From the NCBI GenBank assembly GCA_018820085.1, contig JAHJOV010000034.1:1-63776 (forward strand): DNA of 63,776 bases, written 5' to 3'. Position 1 is the first letter of the stretch. Every line of letters starts with the position of its first letter. The DNA comes from Patescibacteria group bacterium (lineage in GTDB: Bacteria; Patescibacteriota; Minisyncoccia; Portnoybacterales; UBA2143). The translations under genes were made by a program, and so were the position numbers. Under the pieces are notes generated by a model, which was not told the DNA's origin, made no database searches, and saw only the letters and a list, made by a program, of their open reading frames with translations. Shown here in pieces: positions 26,358 to 33,747 of the stretch.

Positions 26358-26717
26358 ATGCAAAATTTAAACCAAATTCAAAGCGAGGCGCCAATCCTCA
26401 AAAAGACAACTGATCTTTATAAGGAGTTCTATGAGTGTTTAAAAACCTTTCCCAAAAAAGATCAACATATGCTGGGCAAGAAATGCGAGGAAAATATCAT
26501 TGATTTTATGGAATTGATATTATCCGCAGTCAGCTCGTACAAGCAAGAAAAAAAGGCAAAGCTCTTAGAAGCGAATAATAAGTTTGATCTTTTAAAGGTT
26601 TTACTTAGAATGGCCCGGGAGTTTAAGATGATAGATAATAAAAAATACCTAAATCTGGAAGAAAAGATTCAGGAAATCGGCCGAATGCTCGGCGGCTGGA
26701 TTAAATCCCTAAACTAA
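26358..26717 (+). CDS. avd: Avd-like four-helix-bundle protein (DGR accessory variability determinant)
   Basis: 119 aa and helical. FPKKDQHMLGKK...LLRMAREFKMI...IGRMLGGWIK is typical of Avd / 23S-rRNA-IVS four-helix-bundle proteins. Adjacent to the RT and TR. Confidence 0.8.
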   Translation: MQNLNQIQSEAPILKKTTDLYKEFYECLKTFPKKDQHMLGKKCEENIIDFMELILSAVSSYKQEKKAKLLEANNKFDLLKVLLRMAREFKMIDNKKYLNLEEKIQEIGRMLGGWIKSLN

Positions 26718-26743
26718 AAGCGTCCTCCAATTGGACGCTTTTT
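26718..26743. terminator. Hairpin terminator after avd (also 20 nt downstream of TR on the other strand)
   Basis: GCGTCC (26720-26725)/GGACGC (26733-26738) then TTTTT. Flanked by an A-run, so it is formally bidirectional. Confidence 0.6.
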
Positions 26744-26761
26744 GTAAATTCTGATTTTAGA

Positions 26762-26886
26762 GACTACGGCACGAAGCGGAACCCCACTTGTCATTCGAGT
26801 TGTCAGCGTTGTTCCAGTTGAGCTTCGGCTTGTCGTCGTTGAGGTAGACATTCGGCACCTTGTCGGAATGCTTGTAGCGGGAACCG
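26762..26886 (-). repeat. DGR template repeat (TR)
   Basis: The reverse complement carries A at every VR-mismatched position. Variable codons are AAC/AAT/AAG/GAC/TAC with no A in third positions. By hand count, 24 of 33 adenines are substituted in the VR. Confidence 0.9.
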
Positions 26887-27212
26887 TAATTTTACTGATT
26901 CTCGTCTATTACCACTGGAAGCAGAGGCTTACTTCCCGCCAAGGCGGGACTATATACTCAAGCTTCCTGTATTTAATCTGGCGGCAGTCAAAAAAGACGC
27001 CCGCTCTAAGAACCAGTAAGTAGTATCTAAAATCTCTCTTACACACTCATGGCAACCGTAATTACTATGATTCTGGCAATTTTAGAGACTTAGGATTTCG
27101 GCGACCCCGATCCTTGAACCAAGGTGCAGTAGCCTACTTTCATTACTGTTTATACATCTTTTAGTTCTAAAATGCCACCCACATATTACATTACATATGC
27201 CCCCGCACCAAA

Positions 27213-27241
27213 TTGAGTAAAAAAATCAAATCTGTTATAAT
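27213..27241 (+). promoter_or_regulatory. Sigma70-like promoter for LCP gene (leaderless type)
   Basis: TTGAGT (27213-27218), 17 nt spacer, TATAAT (27236-27241), then 7 nt to ATG 27249. The ORF-track TTG start is this -35 box. Confidence 0.55.
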
Positions 27242-27248
27242 AAATACA

Positions 27249-28319
27249 ATGAACAACAATAAAGAAATTGATCGCTTAATAAAAAAGGGGCTTTTTAATA
27301 AACAATTAAAAAATCTAAGACAAAAGAAAAAACAGAAAAATTTAAAAATATTATATCTTCTCATTTCCATTCTTGTTATCGCTTTTGGTTCGGTTTTAGC
27401 TGTTCAATTAATTTCTACTCCTGAAATAATAGAAACTAATCAAATAGAACCGGAAACAGAAAAAACAAATATTATTAAATCAATCTTAACGTCTAATTCT
27501 AGTAAAGATAAATCCCCATCTAACATTTTAGCCTTAGGCAGACCTGGACAAGGATATTCTGGTCAAAATTTAACAGATACTATTATCATAATTCACTTAG
27601 AACCAAATCAAGAAAAAGCAACTCTAGTTTCTTTGCCCCGTGACCTATTAGTTAAAGTTCCTAATACAGGCCAATTAACTAAAATTAATGCCCTTTACAA
27701 TTTAATCGGTATTGAAGGACTTAAAGAAAAAATATCAGAAATTACTGGACTAACCATTGATCATTATGTTTTAATTGATCTTGTTGTTGCTCAAGAAATA
27801 ATAGAACTAATTGATGGTCTTAATATCTATGTTCCTCAAAATATTAACGATCCATATTTCCCTGGACCAAACTATACCTATCAAACCTTTAGTTTAGCCG
27901 CTGGTTGGCGATACTTAGACGGACCAACTGCTCTCCGATATATTCGAACCCGTTACACTTCGCCTAATGGAGACTTTGACCGAATGGCTCGACAACAACA
28001 AGTAGTTACCCTTTTAAAACAAAAAGTATTAGAGCTTAATCTCCTTTGGGATTTTCCTACTTATCTGAAAATGTTTAATTCTCTTAAAAACAATATTGAA
28101 ACTGACTTAGGTATTCTAGAATTAAAAGATCTTTGGCAAACAGCCAGAAAGATTAAAGCTGATCAAATTACTCATTTAGTTATTGATAAAAAAGAAACTA
28201 ATCTTTTAATCGGCAGCCAAGTCTCTTTTGGCAACCAAATGGCTTCAGTTGTTTATCCTCTAGTCGGCCAAGGTAATTATGAGGAAATTAAAAAATATAT
28301 TCAGGAATATATTGAGTAA
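27249..28319 (+). CDS. LCP (LytR/CpsA/Psr) family protein
   Basis: N-terminal TM, then LGRPGQGYSGQNLTDTIIIIHL...LVSLPRDL...RYIRTRY...GDFDRMARQQ, which are hallmarks of the LCP domain. Confidence 0.85.
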   Translation: MNNNKEIDRLIKKGLFNKQLKNLRQKKKQKNLKILYLLISILVIAFGSVLAVQLISTPEIIETNQIEPETEKTNIIKSILTSNSSKDKSPSNILALGRPGQGYSGQNLTDTIIIIHLEPNQEKATLVSLPRDLLVKVPNTGQLTKINALYNLIGIEGLKEKISEITGLTIDHYVLIDLVVAQEIIELIDGLNIYVPQNINDPYFPGPNYTYQTFSLAAGWRYLDGPTALRYIRTRYTSPNGDFDRMARQQQVVTLLKQKVLELNLLWDFPTYLKMFNSLKNNIETDLGILELKDLWQTARKIKADQITHLVIDKKETNLLIGSQVSFGNQMASVVYPLVGQGNYEEIKKYIQEYIE

Positions 28320-28326
28320 ATAAATG

Positions 28327-28401
28327 TGAGGTCAGACCTTTCCCAAAGGTCTGACCTCTGAGGAATGTAGCAACTTCAGAATTAAGGTCGGACCTCTAAA
28401 A
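28327..28401. repeat. Palindromic element (type II hairpin + single box, inverted orientation)
   Basis: GTGAGGTCAGACCTTTCCCAAAGGTCTGACCTCTGAGGAATGTAGCAACTTCAGAATTAAGGTCGGACCTCTAAA. This is the reverse complement of the right half of the 8921-9100 composite. Confidence 0.85.
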
Positions 28402-28404
28402 CTT

Positions 28405-28884
28405 ATGAAATTAATCGTTGGTTTAGGCAATCCAAGAAGTAAATATGAAAAAACACGCCATAATCTTGGCTTTATGGTAATTGATTTTTTAATTGAAGAT
28501 GAACAAATTGATTCTAAAAAAGCCAAGCTTATCAAACCGCAAACCTTCATGAACAACTCTGGTTTAGAAGTAAAGAAAAATTCTGATTATTACAAAATTA
28601 AACCAGAAGATATTATTGTTATCCATGATGATATTGATTTACTATTAGGAGAAATTAAAGTTCAACAAGGACGTAACTCAGCTGGGCATAAGGGAGTTCA
28701 ATCAGTTATTGATGCCTTAGGGACTAATAACTTTACTAGAATCAGAATCGGGATTAGACCGATTGATCCAGAAATAATTATTGATACAGAAAAATTTGTC
28801 CTTCAAAAGTTTACGCCCGAAGAACAAAAAATCATTAACCAAACAATAAAAAAGGCCGCCCAGATAATTCAGGCGACCCTTTGA
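28405..28884 (+). CDS. pth: Peptidyl-tRNA hydrolase
   Basis: MKLIVGLGNPRSKYEKTRHNLGF..., ...HDDIDL..., and GHKG motifs. Confidence 0.9.
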   Translation: MKLIVGLGNPRSKYEKTRHNLGFMVIDFLIEDEQIDSKKAKLIKPQTFMNNSGLEVKKNSDYYKIKPEDIIVIHDDIDLLLGEIKVQQGRNSAGHKGVQSVIDALGTNNFTRIRIGIRPIDPEIIIDTEKFVLQKFTPEEQKIINQTIKKAAQIIQATL

Positions 28885-28898
28885 CTTTTCTTTTTAAG

Positions 28899-29129
28899 CT
28901 AGACCTTTTTGAGTTTCCGATTGGACCGAGCAGAAGACCCGGCAATACCTAACATGACATTCCTAGCCTTTTGCCAGTTTTTGTCAATCACACCCTTTCT
29001 GTTAAATTCGTTGGAATTTTCGATCCTTTTCAATATGATAATTACCCATACAAGAAAAACAAAAACAAGGATCAAAGCCAAAGCGAAAACATAGATATTC
29101 CTATCCATTAAATCAAAGAATTGTAGCAT
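28899..29129 (-). CDS. Small single-TM protein, hypothetical (GC-richer orphan)
   Basis: AAAGGAGG SD 7 nt upstream of the ATG. One central TM helix and a basic C-terminus. Confidence 0.5.
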   Translation of the reverse strand: MLQFFDLMDRNIYVFALALILVFVFLVWVIIILKRIENSNEFNRKGVIDKNWQKARNVMLGIAGSSARSNRKLKKV

Positions 29130-29198
29130 TTTATACCTCCTTTTATTTGAAGATTTTTGTGAAAAAACAATTTTATACTATATCCACATTATACCAAA

Positions 29199-30128
29199 AT
29201 GACATATTTTGTCAACCCCCAAGCCAAATATTACAACGCTTTTAATTTAATCAACGGAATTGGTCCGGTTACTTTTAAAAAACTCTTAACTCACTTTGAA
29301 TCTTTAGAAAATGCTTGGTCAGCTAATATTAATGAATTTACTTCTTTAGGATTAAATAGACCAACTCTTGAACAGATTAGAACTCAACGGCTTAAAATCA
29401 ATCCTGATTGGCAAATGGAAAGATTAGCTAAAGAAAAAATTGACTTAATTACAATTGAAGACAAAAATTATCCTAAATTATTAAAAGAAATATATGCTCC
29501 GCCAGCTCTTCTATATGTCAAAGGTAAATTTGAACCAAACGATGAATCTAGCTTAGCTATAGTTGGTACCAGAAAATTAACTGATTATGGCCGTCAAATT
29601 ACTTCTTTAATCACAACTGACTTAGTCAAAGCTGGCCTAACTATTATTAGCGGCTTAGCCAAAGGAATTGACACCATAGCTCATGAGACTGCCCTTAAAG
29701 CCAAAGGAAGAACTATTGCTGTTCTAGGTACTGGTATAGACAAACAAAGTATTTATCCTACCGTTAATAGATATTTAGCCGAAGAAATTACCAGATCCGG
29801 AGCCTTGATTAGCGAATTTCCTATTGGAACTCAACCATTAGCCCAAAATTTCCCACAAAGAAATAGGATTGTTTCAGGATTAAGTTTGGGCGTTTTAATT
29901 ATTGAAGCTCCAATGAAAAGTGGCGCTCTCATCACCACTCGAAACGCTTTAGAACAAAACAGGGATGTTTTTGCCATCCCAGGACATATTCTTTCACCTA
30001 ATTCATTAGGACCTAATAGCTTAATTAAAATGGGTGCTAAACTAGTTAGCCAAGCAGATGATATTCTCAAAGAGCTAAATCTTCCAAATACTTTTTCTCG
30101 AAAAAAAGAAAATTTGTTTGGGAATTAA
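29199..30128 (+). CDS. dprA: DNA-processing protein DprA
   Basis: Rossmann-like core ...LAIVGTRK...SGLAKGIDTIAHETAL...VLGTGID...PQRNRI. Confidence 0.9.
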   Translation: MTYFVNPQAKYYNAFNLINGIGPVTFKKLLTHFESLENAWSANINEFTSLGLNRPTLEQIRTQRLKINPDWQMERLAKEKIDLITIEDKNYPKLLKEIYAPPALLYVKGKFEPNDESSLAIVGTRKLTDYGRQITSLITTDLVKAGLTIISGLAKGIDTIAHETALKAKGRTIAVLGTGIDKQSIYPTVNRYLAEEITRSGALISEFPIGTQPLAQNFPQRNRIVSGLSLGVLIIEAPMKSGALITTRNALEQNRDVFAIPGHILSPNSLGPNSLIKMGAKLVSQADDILKELNLPNTFSRKKENLFGN

Positions 30129-30185
30129 GATTAAGTTTTAGTCTTAAAAATCATTGAAATTATGTCATGTCTTGCTAATTGTTGC

Positions 30186-30213
30186 TTGACAAGTATTTTG
30201 TAAGAGTTATAAT
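30186..30213 (+). promoter_or_regulatory. Consensus sigma70 promoter, leaderless type
   Basis: TTGACA (30186-30191), 16 nt spacer, TATAAT (30208-30213), then 6 nt to ATG 30220. Confidence 0.6.
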
Positions 30214-30219
30214 TAAGTA

Positions 30220-30393
30220 ATGAACAAACTTTTCACCCCAAAACAAATAGCAAATAAATTAGGGGTTAGCGAATTTACAATATGGCGATATATTAAAGCT
30301 GGCAAACTTAAAGCCATTAAACTAACTAAAAGAAATTTTAGAATTGAGCAAAAAGACCTAAATCAATTTCTTAAAAAACATAAAACTAAATAA
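30220..30393 (+). CDS. Excisionase/MerR-type helix-turn-helix DNA-binding protein (57 aa)
   Basis: Below ORF-track cutoff: MNKLFTPKQIANKLGVSEFTIWRYIKAGKLKAIKLTKRNFRIEQKDLNQFLKKHKTK*. This fits the excisionase-family HTH pattern. Confidence 0.6.
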   Translation: MNKLFTPKQIANKLGVSEFTIWRYIKAGKLKAIKLTKRNFRIEQKDLNQFLKKHKTK

Positions 30394-30397
30394 ATCT

Positions 30398-30562
30398 ATG
30401 AAAGATAATACTAAAATAATTTTATTTGCAATTGGTCTTATCGGATATGTTTTATTCGGCTATTATATTTTTAGAGAGGATGGTATGTGTGCCTTTTTCT
30501 TCGGAACTTTTTTAGGAGCCGGAATCACAACATGGTATTTTGAAAACGAAAAATTAAAATAA
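30398..30562 (+). CDS. Small two-TM membrane protein (54 aa), hypothetical
   Basis: MKDNTKIILFAIGLIGYVLFGYYIFREDGMCAFFFGTFLGAGITTWYFENEKLK*. Starts 4 nt after the HTH stop. Confidence 0.4.
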   Translation: MKDNTKIILFAIGLIGYVLFGYYIFREDGMCAFFFGTFLGAGITTWYFENEKLK

Positions 30563-30619
30563 AAATAGACAATATCGAATTCAGAGTTTTCGCTTTAATT
30601 TTAAATTATTTAATTAACA

Positions 30620-31624
30620 ATGTATAAATATTGGTCCCTTAAAGAAATTTTTCTTTTAAAAAAGTATTATCCTAAATTGCGAGTTAAAGATTTGGCAAAA
30701 ATGTTTCCAAACCGAACTAAAGCTACAATTGCAATTAAGGCACTAAGTTTAGGCCTTCTATCAGCAAAGTTATGGCAACCAGAAGAAAATAATATACTTT
30801 ACAAAAATTTTGCCGAAACATCAGAAGAAAAGCTTACGAAACTTTTACCAAAAAGATCATGGTTGGCAATCTTAGCTCAAGGAGAAAGGTTAAATTTAAA
30901 ACGCAAAATAGATAAACCCAAATTAAAGGTTAACGAAGATTATTTTAAAAAATGGTCTCCTAACATGGCTTATATTCTTGGTTTTATTTTCGCTGACGGC
31001 AGTATTACTAAGATTACACACAACGGGTCTAGTGATAGACTAAGCTTTGGTCAAAATAAGAAAGATATAGACATATTAAGAAAAATAAAGCAAGAACTTT
31101 CAGCAGAACATGCCCTATCGATAACGCAAAACGCTGTTTATTTTTCTATTTTCAGCCAAACAATTGTTGACGACTTAAAAAAAATAGGGGTTTTATATAG
31201 AAAAAGTTTTAGAAAAAGTCCTGGGAAAATCCCAGATATTCCTCAAAAGTATATACGAGATTTTATTCGAGGTATAGTAGACGGAGACGGAAGCATCAAC
31301 TTCAGTAAAAGTGGCCAACAAAAGAGCTATCCGAACTTAAGTATTTGTGGTAAAAAAGAAATTATGACTTTTATTCGAAATTACTTTCTTTCCAATTTTA
31401 ATATTTATTCTAAAGTTACTCAAGCAAAGAAAAAAGGAGAGTTATATAATCTTTTTTATATTAGTTATAGGTCTAACTCAGCTAAAACACCAATAAGTCA
31501 TCTTTATACCAATGCTAGTTTGTATCTTGAAAGAAAATTTCGATTAGCAAAACAGTGTTTAAATATAGAAATAAAACACAGAAAAAATTATAGTAAGCCA
31601 AAGATTAAATCTATAGAAATATAA
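30620..31624 (+). CDS. Free-standing LAGLIDADG homing endonuclease-like protein with N-terminal Myb/SANT-like repeats
   Basis: Two LAGLIDADG motifs (YILGFIFADGSI, FIRGIVDGDGSI). The N-terminus has two W-containing helical repeats (WSLKEI...; WQPEENNILY...). Confidence 0.75.
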   Translation: MYKYWSLKEIFLLKKYYPKLRVKDLAKMFPNRTKATIAIKALSLGLLSAKLWQPEENNILYKNFAETSEEKLTKLLPKRSWLAILAQGERLNLKRKIDKPKLKVNEDYFKKWSPNMAYILGFIFADGSITKITHNGSSDRLSFGQNKKDIDILRKIKQELSAEHALSITQNAVYFSIFSQTIVDDLKKIGVLYRKSFRKSPGKIPDIPQKYIRDFIRGIVDGDGSINFSKSGQQKSYPNLSICGKKEIMTFIRNYFLSNFNIYSKVTQAKKKGELYNLFYISYRSNSAKTPISHLYTNASLYLERKFRLAKQCLNIEIKHRKNYSKPKIKSIEI

Positions 31625-31633
31625 AATTAAAAT

Positions 31634-33697
31634 ATGCGTTTGATTGTAGTAGAGAGCCCCACAAAAGCTAAAACAATTTCAGAATTTTTGGGCCGTGGTT
31701 ACATGGTGCTTTCTTCGTATGGCCATATTCGTGATTTACCAGCTAGGACTTTTGGCGTTGATTTAGAACACGATTTTAAACCCAAATATGTTATTCCGCC
31801 CAAAGCTAAAAAAACAGCTCAAGAATTAAAAGCAGCTGCCAAAAAAGCAGATTTAGTTATCCTAGCTACTGATGAAGACCGAGAAGGAGAAGCTATTGCT
31901 TGGCATATTCTTCAAATTCTACCAAAAAATAAAACTAAGAATTATCAAAGAATTGCTTTTCATGAAATAACTAAAAAGGCAATTGAAAAAGCGTTAGAAG
32001 ACCATCATCAAATTGATATGAATCTAGTTAATGCTCAGCAAGCCCGACGAATTCTAGATCGCGTGGTCGGCTACAAACTATCGCCTTTTCTTTGGAAAAA
32101 AGTAGTTAAAGGATTATCAGCTGGCCGAGTCCAATCAGTAACCGTCCGATTGGTTGTTGACCGAGAAAAAGAGATCAAAGATTTTAAACCAGAAGAATAC
32201 TGGACAATTGTCGCTTCATTCCTCAAAGAACAAGAATTCCAAGCTGAATTGATAAAAATAAATGAGAAAAAATTATCAAAACTAGATATTAAGATCAAAA
32301 CAGAAGCAGATCAAATATTAGAAGATTTAAAAGAGGCCGAATACAAAATTACTGATATTAAGAAGAAAGAAGTTCAAAGACATCCTCAACCGCCTTTCAC
32401 AACCAGCACTTTACAACAAGAAGCAGTCAGCCGATTAGGTTTCTCAACTAAACAAACCATGATGATTGCCCAAAGACTTTATGAAGGTATTAAATTAGGC
32501 GGAAAAGTAAGAACTGGTTTAATTACTTATCATCGTACCGATTCTTTAAATCTTTCCAATGAAGTATTAAACGCTGCTCAGAAATTTATTAAAAATAAAT
32601 TTGGAGAAAAATATTGTCCAACCAGTCCTAAATTTTATAAAACAAAAAGTAAAGGAGCTCAAGAAGCGCACGAAGCCATTCGACCAACTTCGGCCAGCCG
32701 TCACCCAGATAAAATCAAACAGTATTTGGATCCAAAACAATATAAATTATATAATTTAATTTGGCGCCGATTTATCGCCTGTCAGATGAATCCAGCTATT
32801 CTTGATGCCACTTCAATTGATATCCAAGCCAATGGTTCAACAGACTCACCATACACTTTTAGAGCTAACGGCTCAACTATTAAATTTGATGGTTGGCTTA
32901 AGGTTTACCCTAATAAATTTAAAGAAAATATTTTGCCTCAATTAACTAGAGACGAAATTCTTAAACTAATCAAGCTCATTTCCGAACAACACGATACCCA
33001 ACCACCAGCCCGCTATACCGAAGCATCTTTAGTTAAAACCTTGGAAGAATACGGTATTGGCAGACCTTCAACTTATGCGCCAATTATCAATACCATTCAA
33101 ACTCGTGGCTATGTTCAAAAAAACGAGCAAAAAAGATTTATCCCCACAGAGATTGGATTTATTGTTATTGACCTACTTAAAGAAAATTTTGCACAGATTG
33201 TTGATGTTAAATTCACTGCTTATATGGAAGAAGATCTTGACCGGGTTGCTCATGGTAAACAAAATTGGTTAGCTGTTCTTAGGGAATTTTATGAACCCTT
33301 CGCAAAAAACCTTGAGAAGAAATATGAATCAGTTGAAAAAAAGAATACCGATGAACCGACTGACAAGAAGTGTCCAGAGTGTGGCAAAAATTTAATTATC
33401 AAACTGGGTCGCTTTGGTAAATTTTACGCCTGTCCCGGTTTTCCTGATTGCAAACATACCGAAGCAATAGTTACCAAAACCGGCGTTAAATGCCCCGAAT
33501 GCCAAGAAGGAAATATAGTTGAAAGACGAACAAAAAAGGGCAAGATTTTTTATTCTTGCTCCAGGTATCCTAAATGTAAATATGCTCTCTGGGATAAACC
33601 AATTGATGAAAAATGCCCTAAGTGTAAATCAATCTTAGTTGAAACAAAAAACAAGAAAATTAAATGTAGTAGCAAAGAATGTGATTACAAACAATAA
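31634..33697 (+). CDS. topA: DNA topoisomerase I
   Basis: TOPRIM (LIVVESPTKAKTI, ATDEDREGE), catalytic-Tyr region (ITYHRTDS), and C-terminal Cys4 zinc ribbons. Confidence 0.95.
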   Translation: MRLIVVESPTKAKTISEFLGRGYMVLSSYGHIRDLPARTFGVDLEHDFKPKYVIPPKAKKTAQELKAAAKKADLVILATDEDREGEAIAWHILQILPKNKTKNYQRIAFHEITKKAIEKALEDHHQIDMNLVNAQQARRILDRVVGYKLSPFLWKKVVKGLSAGRVQSVTVRLVVDREKEIKDFKPEEYWTIVASFLKEQEFQAELIKINEKKLSKLDIKIKTEADQILEDLKEAEYKITDIKKKEVQRHPQPPFTTSTLQQEAVSRLGFSTKQTMMIAQRLYEGIKLGGKVRTGLITYHRTDSLNLSNEVLNAAQKFIKNKFGEKYCPTSPKFYKTKSKGAQEAHEAIRPTSASRHPDKIKQYLDPKQYKLYNLIWRRFIACQMNPAILDATSIDIQANGSTDSPYTFRANGSTIKFDGWLKVYPNKFKENILPQLTRDEILKLIKLISEQHDTQPPARYTEASLVKTLEEYGIGRPSTYAPIINTIQTRGYVQKNEQKRFIPTEIGFIVIDLLKENFAQIVDVKFTAYMEEDLDRVAHGKQNWLAVLREFYEPFAKNLEKKYESVEKKNTDEPTDKKCPECGKNLIIKLGRFGKFYACPGFPDCKHTEAIVTKTGVKCPECQEGNIVERRTKKGKIFYSCSRYPKCKYALWDKPIDEKCPKCKSILVETKNKKIKCSSKECDYKQ

Positions 33698-33698
33698 A

Positions 33699-33747
33699 AA
33701 AAGCCGCCTTTTGTCATATCGTTCCGATATTCTATAAAAGTGGCTTT
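33699..33747. terminator. Bidirectional hairpin terminator (topA / P-loop gene)
   Basis: AAAGCCGCCTTTT pairs with AAAAGTGGCTTT around an inner hairpin ATATCG-TTC-CGATAT. Confidence 0.55.

Larger units (their letters stand above)
24171..27212. mobile_element. Diversity-generating retroelement (DGR) locus: target/VR, RT, avd, TR plus non-coding flanks
   Basis: VR/TR pair with adenine-only mismatches, DGR-type RT, and Avd-like gene (see component features). Confidence 0.9.

Noticed and set aside
25306-26394. RT as a group II intron maturase or retron RT
   Set aside because: There is no intron RNA domains/IEP X or En domains, and no msr/msd-type upstream inverted repeats on the RT strand. The RT carries IGNLASQ instead of the group II QGxxxSP-type motif, and an adenine-specific VR/TR pair plus avd are present.
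26356-26394. TTG start (26394) for the RT given by the ORF track
   Set aside because: It would overlap avd by 37 nt head-to-head. The ATG at 26355 gives an N-terminus (MKIYKDIF..MENLLLAW) that lines up with other DGR RTs. Kept as an alternative only.
27213-27248. TTG start of the LCP gene
   Set aside because: The TTG is the first triplet of a TTGAGT-17-TATAAT promoter. The ATG at 27249 sits 7 nt after the -10 box.
30129-31633. Calling the dprA-topA insert a bounded integrative mobile element
   Set aside because: I could find no integrase, transposase, direct or inverted terminal repeats, or att-like duplication. It is reported as an insertion-like cassette only.
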